This document shows positions 26,101 to 37,751 of a DNA stretch of 64,000 bases, piece after piece (within the stretch, counting starts at the first letter, position 1; every line of letters starts with the position of its first letter). The position numbers and the translations under genes are program-made. Source of the stretch: Marsupella aquatica (Eukaryota > Plantae > Marchantiophyta). The notes below the pieces were generated by a model that was not told the DNA's origin, searched no databases, and saw only the letters and a list, made by a program, of their open reading frames with translations. The stretch is from the NCBI GenBank assembly GCA_973895155.1, contig OZ316894.1, forward strand, positions 19,908,451 through 19,972,450. The letters are read 5' to 3'.

Positions 26101-29100
26101 GCTTTGTAGGGCCTTTTCTGGGCATGGAAAATATCAACTTTGTTAACATCATCAGGTAAGGAAGATGCATGCAGCATTGTTACAGGCATCCAGAAACTGC
26201 AACACTAGACTATCCAAGAATGAAGCACGAACTATAATCATGGGAGACAAGAGGAGATTGAAGTGACATTCTTCCCTCCTGCAAAATCATTGATTTCCTC
26301 AGTCCAAATGGAGGCAAAACAGCTTTCTGGGACTCATTAGCTCTTGCTTTTAGCTGCAATGAGCCTTTTCCTTTTCACCTTGGATCATATGTATTTTTTG
26401 GATTTTATTCTCCATGGTTTTCTCCTCTTTGAAAGGGGACGGATGATACGTTCTTATCACTAAGACTTTTGCAAAACTTGAGGAACCCAAGGCTGTACGA
26501 GTGCCGTCCAAGTAGCCCCCAAATGTTTTGACCACTTGTACTTCATTTGGCCCAGCTTGATGATTGATGGTGTTATTCTGTTTTTTGTGTGAATCATTGC
26601 TCAATCGTGTCCCACCAACAATAAACAAAAAATTAAATGTGTCCCACCAAACAAAGGCACTTTGGAGGTTTTGACCCACTTCTTATCACACACGTTGTAA
26701 AGTCAGATATCCTGATTTGTTAGAAAAAGAGATGGAACTTTTTGTTTCAAAGGAAGATAGAACTCCCAGTAGGAAAAATGTACTCCTAGATAGGATCGTA
26801 CACACGATCTCCCATTCTTCGTTCTCTACTTTATTTTCCTTCGATTAATGCCTTGTGGATAGATGAATACACGGAATGAATTCTCTAGATGAAGAATAAA
26901 GGACTTTGAACTTTGAAGTGAGGAGATATCCTTTGGTTTTTTCCCTAGATTTATGGAGGTAGCACAAAGCTCTGAAGTGTGGAGTTGTTTTTCCTATGGT
27001 ATCGTCCCCTGTTTCCATTCTTCCCCTGTTTCCATTCTTCGTTTCATCGTTTTAAAACAAACAACAGCCAACAAGAGAGAAAACATGGAGGAACTGTAGC
27101 ACCTTTCTCATGACTTTCACTTGTACAGATTACCTGAAAGTCTGGACAGCTATGGGAAAAGAAAAAATATAAGGGGAATTTATGTCCGAAATCCATGTCT
27201 TGTATCACCTGACTGTGTTTGATTTGGATACTCAACAGTAAAGGCATTGGAGAAAGATGCAAGGTAAGTGAGCTAAAATATTTATTTAGCCCTTCCGAAT
27301 TCTGAGAAGGGGAAGCTCCCACAGACCACAACATTTTACAAGATGGTTTGTTTATGTCTCTTCCCACCCAAAAGTCTCAATTATGCCAGGGTCCCACATC
27401 CCTACACCATGTCCAGTAATCCTTTTGTATTTCTCAGCACCTCCCTCTCAGGTTTCTTGTCATATCGTCGCTATGACATGGATTGTATTTTCAAGTTGAA
27501 TAGAGTCTGAGTGATAGCTGCTATTCTGGTCACTTCTGAGAGCTGAGTGCTGAGCCTCTCTGGTATAATAGCGGGCATAATTATAGCTGATGTTAATTGT
27601 CATGTTTGTTCTCTGGTTGGCTTATACTAACAGTAATTGCGGTTGATGGACTTTGCTCATGCACCATAGATGGACAAATGCTTCACTAAAATTAAAAACA
27701 CATCCTAGCAATCCACCTACCGTAGCAAGTGACCATGCTTGCAAGCAACCAGTATCCAAAAATATTGGCCTGTGAGGGGTGCCTATGTGTCTCAAGGCGA
27801 GGATGGTAGCACCTACTTATTCTGGATTAGCACAAGGGCCATTGCATGTCAAATGGTTGCTAGCATGGCTTTGAAATAGTAGTTATCTCAGGGCATGCAT
27901 GACAACCATCTCTATACGGGGCCGGTAGGTATAAGCCTGTGAGGTAAGGCATAGATGTAGAGAGGGCTGCAACAGTACTAAGGAACCCTTAAAAACTCAG
28001 GCGCAAAACAAGAGGCACTTTCCCATGGTGCAGATATGTCAAGAAGGGTGCAGGGAAGGATGTTGATTGAAAGAGGCTTTGGGTACTCTAGCGATGATAG
28101 GCCATTATTCAAACCTTTCTAGGGTAGAGAATTCATAGCGTGTGGATATGCTCATGCATGTGTTAGACTACTGACTCATTAGAGGTCCAGCAGGCCTCAA
28201 CAGCACTTATATTATTGTGTTTGTGTATTCATGCACGGGGCTTTATAAATTTGCATAGTTTTTCGTTCCCTTTAATGTATGACCATTTTTGTGTACACAA
28301 ATTTTCCCTGGCGCCTGCTGACTCATTCCTGAGTAGAGTGAAGGCCCTGGACAGCCAATAAAGCCGTCTAGCTGTGCACATTGAGAACTCCCAGGCAGTA
28401 GGGAATCAAGGACAGAAAAAGAAGTGAAGAGGCTCTGCATGAGGGAGACTCCACAAGGAACGGTGGGGGCACGAGTTTGCTGTGAGCAGTAGGGCAGCCT
28501 GCCCTAGGGGAGACCCATTGGCCGCGGAAGGGAGGTGCAAGCAAGACTTGAACCTTGGTTAGAGAAACCAATCTCTGCTTAATTTACTACCACCAAGACA
28601 ACTGTGCTTGGTTGAACATATATGTACTTATCCTAGACAAGTTACTTCTAACAGACTTCATCCTATGAAGTACGTCTTCTTGTTGTAGGGTAACATAGAA
28701 GCTTTGCAGGACAACATCCCAAGTGAGAGTATATTCCAAAATATGCTATGACTACAGAAATATCAGCTAAATTTAATGTAATAACAATTGGGGTCCATTG
28801 TCACCCAGCCGTGCTAGGACTAACATGTAAATATTACCTAATTGTTTATGTTTCTTGTATTCCGTGTCCCTTGATAACTCAACAAAATACTTGACATCCA
28901 CTAGAAAGCATGATACAGAATATTGTGTTTTCCTTTTATTTCATAAAGTTTTCTGACAATTTCCTTCCAGTGAGCATTAGAAACAAGCTCTGGTGACCTT
29001 GCTTGCAAGACCATGTGTCACCCGACTGACTACATTAAATGCAAGGCAAAACAGTCACGTTAAGACAACAGAATAAATGTATGATAACCTCACTTCAAGT

Positions 29101-30717
29101 TAACTATCACCATTTTTGTGTCCTGTAGCATTTTGACCCCCCTCATTATAGGGACAAACCAGCACTTTCCACTTCCCCTATCTACTGTACCAAACTCATC
29201 AATGAGAACAAACAAACAAACAAATTGTAAGCCTTTTGGTTCAACATTGGAACACTACAATATGCAATCACTTTGTGCAATCACATTTTCACTTTCTCAT
29301 GGTCTGTTTAAAAATGTCATTCTGACAAGAAGTCTCCCTAGCTGTTGGATTTTTTCCTAACTATGAGTTTAACCTAAAGGTGCCATTGTGCACCTTTTCC
29401 AAGCCCAACCGCTTGCTTCCCTTGACCTTGCACACTTCCTGAAATTCAGCCGCCAAGTAAATGTGTCTACTCCCCACAGTGTCCGACTGCCTGGCCATCT
29501 TGCTTATGCTTAGCAACACTTTTGCTCAACATTACTCACTATCAGCAGTAGTGTGCAATGCACTTTCTTTGGGAAAGTTTGAACATCATTCTCAAGCTGG
29601 AAAGAGATACCTTCCTTCACCACCATTAGCACCACCTTTGCCTGTTGCTAGCAGAGATCAGTATGCAAGTATTCCGAGCAGTGTTTCCTTTTGTATCTTG
29701 GGCAGGTGGCACTTACTACAACCCAAGAAGTCTCCGCTTAGCAAAAATGTTGTACGGTCACATTATTAAAAACTGATGTACAATCAGATCTAGACGGCTC
29801 ATTTTGGTAAATTTGTCACTAAATATTTTCTCCAAATATTTGAAAATATTGCAAAGAAAGACAACACTGATTGCCAAACATTCAAATTTGTTCCCTCCCA
29901 CCAGTGCTTCTATGATTTGTCCGTTGTACCATAGCCCATCTCTCTCTCTCTCTCTCTCTTGGGAAGAAGCATCCCATGTGCACTTAAAGGGGGTTTGCAT
30001 TTCTAAGATAGTGCAAAGCTATCAAATTGTTAAAGAGTGCAACCCTCCATCCCTAAGCAGTCTCATGGCTTGCAACCCAAATTGTACATCCTACTCCATA
30101 AATGCATTTTTTTTACTCTACTAAAAAATGGTAGGCACTTATTGCTAAATGCAATTGATGGGATTGTGTGCTTATCATGAGGGCTTCCACTTAAATAGTT
30201 GCCAACTAGCAAATTATTTCAGGCCTGTTTGCACCTTAAAAAGGTGCACAACAAGTGCAAACTCCGTGTAAAAGAAAGGGGGAAAGACCATGAGGTCTTG
30301 AAGGCAGCCCTGGTTTGCACTCATGGAGTTTGCACTTAGACAGAGCCGTCTGTAGGTCTCTCGACGAACTGCTTCCCGTTTTTTCGGGGGGTACGATGTA
30401 TCTTTTGTGAAGAGAAGTCCAGACTCAATAGCAATTGGTAAGATAGCAATTGTCGCCATATCTTTAAGCCGTCCGGACTCTCTCGAAATTCGATAGTGCT
30501 GTCCTGCCTCCTCACCCTGTTGACAAGAAACGCCTCGTGATTTATCTCCATCTCCAGATTTTCCTCATCTTGTTGACATGATACGCCTCATGATTTATCT
30601 CCATCTCCAGATTGTGCTTTCGGTGGACTGACATCAGTTTGTTCGTCCGTCGCCTTGCCCTCTCTACATTCCTCTGCTCGGGCCTTCCCCAGCCTTTCCC
30701 TTCTTGTTCGGGAGACA

Positions 30718-33700
30718 ATGTCGGTCGCCTTAGAGTCTGTAACGAACTATGTGCGGGTCCCGTCGTCACAAAACCAAGCAGAGGACATGGTCCTCTTGCA
30801 AGTCACTCATTCCAACCTGAAAGCAAGGTTCCAGGAACTGCGCTTCGATCTGCACGTAAGTTATGCCGTCCATCGTGTCACCTCCCGGTGTTTACCTCGC
30901 TGCTGCGTCTAGTTGTTGAGTGGTATACGGTTCTATTTGGGAAAGTCGGAATCGATAAATAGCTTAATCGATCCCGGAGGAGCAGTCTCTCGGAAAGCCA
31001 CCTGCTATGAGCATTTTCTCAAATGATGTGCCCCTTTCGAAGCTTTGAGTCAGAGCTGGATGAGAAGATGGCAATGACGAACAAATTACAGACCCTGACA
31101 TTTACATCACCGGAGATATTAAATGAAACAGTTGAATGGTGTAATTATACTACACATCCATACTCAGTCTTCGAAGAACTAGGAAGCGCTGAGTGAATCC
31201 TCCACTTCTGCAGATTTTCCTTCTGAATTTGTATTGAAGTTGGACAGTTAAATCTGAATTGCTGGACTAATCTGATAAAGACAATGTGTCTCAGACAACG
31301 ATCGGGAATGTGAAGGAGCGGCTGCAGACGCACACTGGGACGGCAGTTAGAGTCAATGTACCTGCAGCTATTCAATGAGGAAAATACAAAGCTTCATGAT
31401 CTAGTGGACGATAATAGAGCATTAGGGTATTACTCTCCATCTGACGGGTAGGTATTTACGCATTCAACCCCCCCTAATACCCTTTCCTTCGTGCGGTAGA
31501 ATTTCCCATTCCATCCCTCACTGGGAGAGATCAGCGTGGTGAATTTCCTGGCTTCTCACGTTAACCGAAATTCTGATTAGAGACAGAATTTCAGGATGCT
31601 GTGACAATTCTTTTTATCTCCTTAACTTGAGCTACAAAAGTAGCTTGAAGATAAATTATTCCTTCACATTTCTTAGCCACACTTTCGGCTGCTGTAGCCG
31701 TCGAAGTTTTGTCATTTATGCTTCATTGGAAAGGACTAATCGTCTCCAGTGATATGTGGTCACCTGCTGATTGACAGGAGATTCTGATCACCAGGCTGGC
31801 TCACCACGGTTGTAATTTGCGTAATTGGTTAACAGGTACCTCATTCACATTGTAGACCTTGATCCAGGGTCAATTGCAGCAGGAGGCTGGCTGGACGACA
31901 CTTCATTGATAGAGAAATACACTATTTCAGATGATGCGTACAAGAAGCGTGATGATAGGTTCTCCAGATTCCCGCATGATAAGGTCGATAAGAGAGCTGG
32001 ACGAATGTGTGTCCATTCCTTTTATTGAAAGGCAGGAAGGGCAATTCTGAGATATTTCTGATTAGCTCGACTAGGTATCAGTCATTGACTAGTTGCCTAG
32101 TTGTAATAAAAAAAGACTAAGGTACCTTCCAGTCCTCTACTAGCTGTTCACTGCATGCAAATGAGACTTGTTACTTTCGTCCTTCAAGACACATACAGAA
32201 AATTCAAAGAAAAGCGCTCGCAGAAGATCCAACATGGACTCTGGAAAAGGTACACTGACTTCTGTTGCCATCCTGCAAGAGTCAGTAACAGTGGCCAATG
32301 CAAATCTGGTGAAACTAATCTTGGCTTACCAGTAAGGACTAGGGATGCTAGAAATAATCTGTCAAATACTTGGTAATAGTGATAAATCTTTTCGAATGGT
32401 TGTCAAAGAAAACTTGATGCGAAGATATGATTACAGTTTGGCTTCCCTTTTCAGCGAATTTCTGCACGACATTATGAATCCTAGCCCAATTGACTGTTCA
32501 TATGAATATTGAGATTGAATTCTTGTTATATCGGGAGATTCATGCTCTCAAGCCTATTTCGATTCATGTGTCCGCTGTTTTGTTTTCTTGCACAGGCAAT
32601 GGCTTCAAGGAGAGGTGTGCGTCTTCCAGAGGTCAGTCACACTCCATTCGTGTTGGTCTTGCGTGTCTTGTGACTGAAGAACGCCTTATATTCCCTTATA
32701 ACGTTAGGTACTGTTACAGTACAAGGTTTTGGAAGGATCAGGACTTCATTGTACGACCAGACCGTTTGCCTGGACGTGGTAATCCAGTTCTTCCATGGGT
32801 TCGGAAAAGGATAGCTACGTCGTCCATCTTCCATTCATTCATCTTCCATCGATGTCCATGGGTTTGGAAAAGGATAGCTACATGGAAGACGTAGCATCAG
32901 GCATGGAAATACAACCACAATTTTAATACCTCAGAACCATTGAAACGAATCTCGAGTCATGAGCTATCTGACGAATCACTCCCGCTCGCTAAACTGGTTT
33001 GTGGGTCAGTTTGCTCCCTGATAGTTTGCCTTCTTTGCTCATTTGCTCTTTAATGCTAAATACACCGCCCATGTCTATCAATGGAGAGTGCTCTCCTGTC
33101 TTGGGGATGTTAGAAGTGTGTACTGTATCCTGTGCAGGTTGAGGACAGATGTGAAGTTGATCCAGGAGGCAAGCCAGGTGTGCTAAAGTTCGTTGGAAGG
33201 GCAGAGACTTTAAATCCTGGCTTTTGGGTTGGGGTCTAATATGATGAACCAGTTGGGAAGCATGATGGCCTGTATGATCTGTAAACTCCCTTTTGTGGTT
33301 AAAAAGTTGTGACTCTCCATTTTTAGCGCAGTTAAAAAAGGTGAAAGGAATTTATTGTCAGTGATATTTGAAAAGCATTCGAAGAACATGACACGGATGT
33401 GAAAGGAAAATCACAAGAGACATTTGCCCGGTCCTCTGTAAGATTGAAGATGACTTAGTCAACTTCCTCTTGGTGGAAATAAGAAGTTCATAAATATTTG
33501 TGCTATAGCTACCTCTGCTAATCCTGTTTAAGACTACTTAGTAATGGTCTTTGCAGTGTCAAAGGGAAGAGATGCTTTACTTGTCCGTCACCGTTTGGTT
33601 CTATGCTACGGCCAGATAGACTAAAGGTTGGACGGGACGCCTGAACCAATTGATTGTACCATTTCAATTGGAAAATGTTGTGTAGTTATCGTGATGAGGT

Positions 33701-33933
33701 CGTTTTCTTTCCCAAACTATTATGTTTCCAGTAGAATTATAATTCAACTCCTCTCTGCGATACTTGATGATATTGTTCTGTCTTCCATGTAAAAATTTAA
33801 ATAAAGAATTCAGGTCCAAGTTCAGAATTGTCCTTGGATGACCTTGTGCATCAAGTTTTTCTAAATTTGAATCACACTTTTCCAGATTGGAGATTACCCG
33901 GAGCGGGATCCCTTTGAAGATGGGGAAATATGA
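30718..33933 (+). pseudogene. TBCB: Tubulin-folding cofactor B (UBL + CAP-Gly) pseudogene, intron-containing
   Basis: Exons: 30718-30855 (VLLQVTHSNLKARFQELRFDLH); 31295-31447 (TTIGNVKERL...LGYYSPSDG); 31836-~31954 (YLIHIVDLDPGSIAAGGWLDDTSLIEKYTISDDAYKKRD); ~32189-32248 (TYRKFKEKR); 33138-33271 (RCEVDPGGKPGVLKFVG...GFWVGV*YDEPVGKHDG); 33557-33626; 33886-33933 (IGDYPERDPFEDGEI*). Lesions: +1 frameshift at ~31347, apparent GT>AT donor loss at ~31955, -1 frameshift at ~32216, in-frame TAA at 33237. Confidence 0.9.
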
Positions 33934-34893
33934 GAACATAACAAAGATCCAGGGTCCGATCAGCCTCCCAATACTTCTGGTATAGACAAAATGTCTCTTA
34001 TAAAGTCATCTCAAACATCGGAGTTGTGTTCTATTATCAGCCCTGTCGTACGAAGTCCTTTCAACATAGCTTGAGATTACCTTGTCTGTCTCATTTAATT
34101 TCCCTTTGCGTCACTTGGGTACTTAGATGCGAATATGGATTAGTTTGCAGTTAGATCTCCGTAAGTATTTTAGGTGTTAAGGACAAATTAGCCTCTATTT
34201 GCTAAGACAACTAAAAATCTTTGTAAATATGTGCTGTGACTGACCGACAACTTGGAAAAACCCCATGATTTTCAGTCTTAGAACATTTAAGTTATCCATG
34301 TCAGGATTCTGATCATTTACAAAGAAAATCTTCTGACCTTGAGTAGGGACTGTATTTGACAGTGTTTGTACTTCCAGAAGTGCCCAGAGGCACCGTTTCC
34401 AAAAAGTTTTACATGTTCCCCAGTACAACTGTTGGATTTGCAAATTGTGGTAGAATTTGTCAAGTTCAAGCACTGTGATGAATAGATGTCGGAAGAAAAA
34501 TTTGCCAGCTTTCATCTTGTTGGCCATTTCCGTCATGTGCCTGTCTTCTTCATCACAGGAGTAGACAGGTATCTTTACACGGTCACTGCCTTTCTTCTCG
34601 ATAAAACGGCTCTGATTGTCATGTCGTTGACACTCTTCTCGTTGGGGGTCTAATTGACAAGATTTATTTCGAAGGCAATTCTGGCTACAAGTCAATTGGG
34701 GATACGGGGACCGTTTCGGGCCAGGGAATTGACATTGCTACGAGTGACGGGATTTGGTGATTGAGGATTTGATTTTTGGATGCATGGATGTTGGATCAAC
34801 CAGAGTTTAATGCGGCACGCATCCGGAGATACAAGACTGCTTACCGTGTCTACATTGAGACATTGATTGCAAGAGAGAGAGAAGAGAGAAGCT

Positions 34894-36651
34894 ATGATGA
34901 GTATTGGACTGGCGGAAAGTTCCGCACCAGTGAGTAGGAAAGTTTTTTGTCGAATTTATCCCAAAACCTCCGCCAAGGTGATGGAGGATTGTAGGAATAT
35001 TTTTCAAGCCACCGGGCTCACGGAGTTCATGAAGGTGAAAATTATAATCCCTTCGGGGAAGAGTTGGAACATTGAGGCCGGGACGGAGTTATGTACGAAA
35101 GGAATCTACTTTGAATGTCTCCAGCGAGTAGTGGCCCATGTGGAGTTAGCTAAGCTCCTGGTTCTGGAGAATCAACAATTTTCATTCACACCCCGGAACA
35201 TAAGGGGAGAGCTCACGTTGACAATGGTGGTCGGTTGGGTGATTAATCCCACCTCCACTACTTCTATTTCTGTCGTCAAGGATGTTGAGCACAAGGGATT
35301 TTTGGCCAAGGTTCATCAACGGATCCTTGGTAACGTGCAATCCGGGGTGGTGAATGGAGAACATTTCGTGGTAGTTATGGACATCAAGAACTATCCAGCC
35401 CATGTGTACGGATGGTGGTACTATGGGTTGAAGAAGCTATTGAACGCCGATCCTGGGAGTGTGAAACCAGGTGGGGCTGTACACTTGATGGGGTCATTTT
35501 TGCTGGCCAGAGCAGAAGGGTGGATTGGTTCCCCGGGACAGGAAGACTCTGGATCATCCCTTACCACGGAAATCAGGAGTATTGTCATTACCATCTTGGG
35601 GAAACTAACGGAGGGATCATCGTCGGCGGTTGAGGATGATAATAGAGAGGAAGAAAACCAGGATGAGGACTCCACATTGGAGTGGCTTGAATCACTTGTG
35701 GAAGATCCGGAGGAGCCCCTGGTCTACAACATTCCTAATGTCTACCTGGCGGAATTACAAGAATTACGGGATTTCCGGGAGGGAGTCCATGAGGGACTCA
35801 AGCTAGTCCACTCATTGAGAGATTCTCTCAAGCAGGCCACTGCCAGAGTAGAGACTTTGGAGCAGAGTGCCCTGTCTATGAAGGAGGTGATCAAGGCCAA
35901 GGAGGAGGCCATTAATGAGAAGGTTAAACGTCTCCAAACAGCTCACGTAGAGATCTCCAACTTGAAGGGAGCCTTGTCCACCAAGGCCAAGGAAGCGGAA
36001 GAGGTTGGAGTATTGAAACAGGCATTGGCCAAAGAGAAGCAGAATTCTGGAGAAGTGGTGGAGTTAAGAGCCCAGGTGGGAGCACTACGGAGTCAAATGG
36101 TGATCTTTGAGACAAGGGCTAAGAGGAGTGAGGCCTTGAGTCTGGGGAAACGGAAGAACCCCTGCATACCTAGCTCCACACTTTCCCCGGATTTGGTCTC
36201 CAGGGCCATTGAGATGGTGGTGAAGGAAGTCAGTGGGAAGTATGGACCCCTGTTGGATGCAGCCAAGAAGAGTCAAGAGAAGAGCAAGAGCTTAGAGAAG
36301 AAGCTCAGGGAGGTACGTAAAGCGTTACGAGAGGCTCAGGTCAACATGGGGACCCCGGGGATGCCACCCCGATTTGTCACCCCTGGGACTCCCATGGCCA
36401 CTGGGCAGGTTTTACCGTTGGAATTGCGGTCCGGTGAAGAAGCGGCCTTATGGAAGGACACCATTGGTGAGGGGTACATCAAGACGTGGCAAGCCTTGGC
36501 CAATTTGAGGAAGCAGGGGAGCACTAGAACAAGGAGTACCCCGGTGAAGAAGAAGAGGAGTGAAGTGGCACTCACTCCATTGGAGAGTGATGAGGAGGCC
36601 CAGTCACGGGGCTCAAGCCAGGGTACCGTGAGTGAAGAGGAGGAGGATTAG
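34894..36651 (+). CDS. Transposon-associated ORF (~585 aa): globular N-terminus, acidic linker, long coiled coil; probably an accessory ORF of an LTR retrotransposon
   Basis: Uninterrupted intronless ORF, first ATG at 34894. Its last ~80 nt and 3' flank are homologous, in inverted orientation, to the LTR-like element at 37752-39905. No gag, RT or integrase motifs recognised. Confidence 0.6.
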   Translation: MMSIGLAESSAPVSRKVFCRIYPKTSAKVMEDCRNIFQATGLTEFMKVKIIIPSGKSWNIEAGTELCTKGIYFECLQRVVAHVELAKLLVLENQQFSFTPRNIRGELTLTMVVGWVINPTSTTSISVVKDVEHKGFLAKVHQRILGNVQSGVVNGEHFVVVMDIKNYPAHVYGWWYYGLKKLLNADPGSVKPGGAVHLMGSFLLARAEGWIGSPGQEDSGSSLTTEIRSIVITILGKLTEGSSSAVEDDNREEENQDEDSTLEWLESLVEDPEEPLVYNIPNVYLAELQELRDFREGVHEGLKLVHSLRDSLKQATARVETLEQSALSMKEVIKAKEEAINEKVKRLQTAHVEISNLKGALSTKAKEAEEVGVLKQALAKEKQNSGEVVELRAQVGALRSQMVIFETRAKRSEALSLGKRKNPCIPSSTLSPDLVSRAIEMVVKEVSGKYGPLLDAAKKSQEKSKSLEKKLREVRKALREAQVNMGTPGMPPRFVTPGTPMATGQVLPLELRSGEEAALWKDTIGEGYIKTWQALANLRKQGSTRTRSTPVKKKRSEVALTPLESDEEAQSRGSSQGTVSEEEED

Positions 36652-37359
36652 ATTGGTCGTACGGACGTGGTTGTATGGCCCCTTGACTTTCCAATTTTTT
36701 TGTGAGGGATCACTCACGGGCTTGTTGGAAAGAGCTCGCGGAGCTGAGTCCAACAAGAGGCAGCGCTCTTCAAACGGAGCCAGGATGAGCAAGTTAGGGC
36801 CCGACGAAGTTGGGTTTACAGGATACTGAAATAGCCATATCTTGGTCGTCCGATGTCCGTTTCAAGAGCGGTCGAGTGATTCATGACCAGGAGGAGGAGG
36901 GCTATCCGGGGGTGAACTCAGAAGTGCAAGTGGAAGGGCACCTAGTTTCGGCCATTGTGGGGTTCCTCGCAATTTCACGGTTCACGGAGTAATGTTGGGG
37001 CGTCGTCGAAGGCATCGTCGGCCCCACTGTTAGTTTAGAGTTTAGGGTTTTAGAAGCATGTGTGTGCCGCATGCTTTTAGTTTAGGGGTTCCTTAGTAAA
37101 AGGTTTAGCGGCGCCGTTAGGGTAGCCGCCATCCTTGTGACCCCGTGAGGGGTGCCTTGGTGTGTTTTTTTTTAGTATTTAGGGGGAGAGCCCCGGAGTA
37201 GTGGGGGGGGGACTCAGTCTAGTGTTTGCTTAGGGAAGTTAGCTCATAGCCAGAAGAGGGAATCAAGCCAGAGTAGTGAGGTAGAGGTGTAACACTTGCC
37301 CCAGTGAGGCAGTAGTTGGGCAGACGGCAAGAGGCCGGGTTGTCCTTGCAATGTGTTAC
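36573..37359 (+). repeat. Left arm of a long diverged inverted repeat (LTR-like end)
   Basis: Reverse complement of 37752-38547, e.g. TCACGGGGCTCAAGCCAGGG vs CCCTGGCTTGAGCCCCGTGA and GGGTTGTCCTTGCA vs TGCAAGGACAACCC. Ends TGTTAC. Confidence 0.9.
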
Positions 37360-37751
37360 GACGTTTTGCCAAAAGATATGGATTTGGTTTGATTCCTCAA
37401 GTTTTGGTGTGGTGTTACTTTTTTTTGGTTCACGATTGTGGTCTTTCCCAAGAAGCGTCTAAGGAATCCTTGCACGGTTTGGTCAACCCTGTGAGTAGGA
37501 GGGGTGGTGACAACACTCCACCAACGACCAGTAGGAGTGTGTGTGTGGCGTAATCCATGGGACTTGATCAAAAATAGAGCGGCTAGTCGGTAGACTTGAT
37601 CAAAAATTACATTTCCGGGAGCGGAAATAAACATACTCATCCTACATGCAATAGAATCCTAATAGCGTCCCTCCACGTTCCCGTCATATGATAACAAACG
37701 ATTTTAGTAGGAGTAAATATGTATTTGTGGTGTAAATTGTTTGATAAGCAG

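Noticed and set aside
25489-27400. Possible gag-like fragments and a PBS-like motif near 25830
   Set aside because: Too degenerate to assign; no paired LTRs identified.
34195-34695. 166-aa minus-strand ORF between the TBCB pseudogene and the TE ORF
   Set aside because: Non-ATG start and no recognisable motifs.
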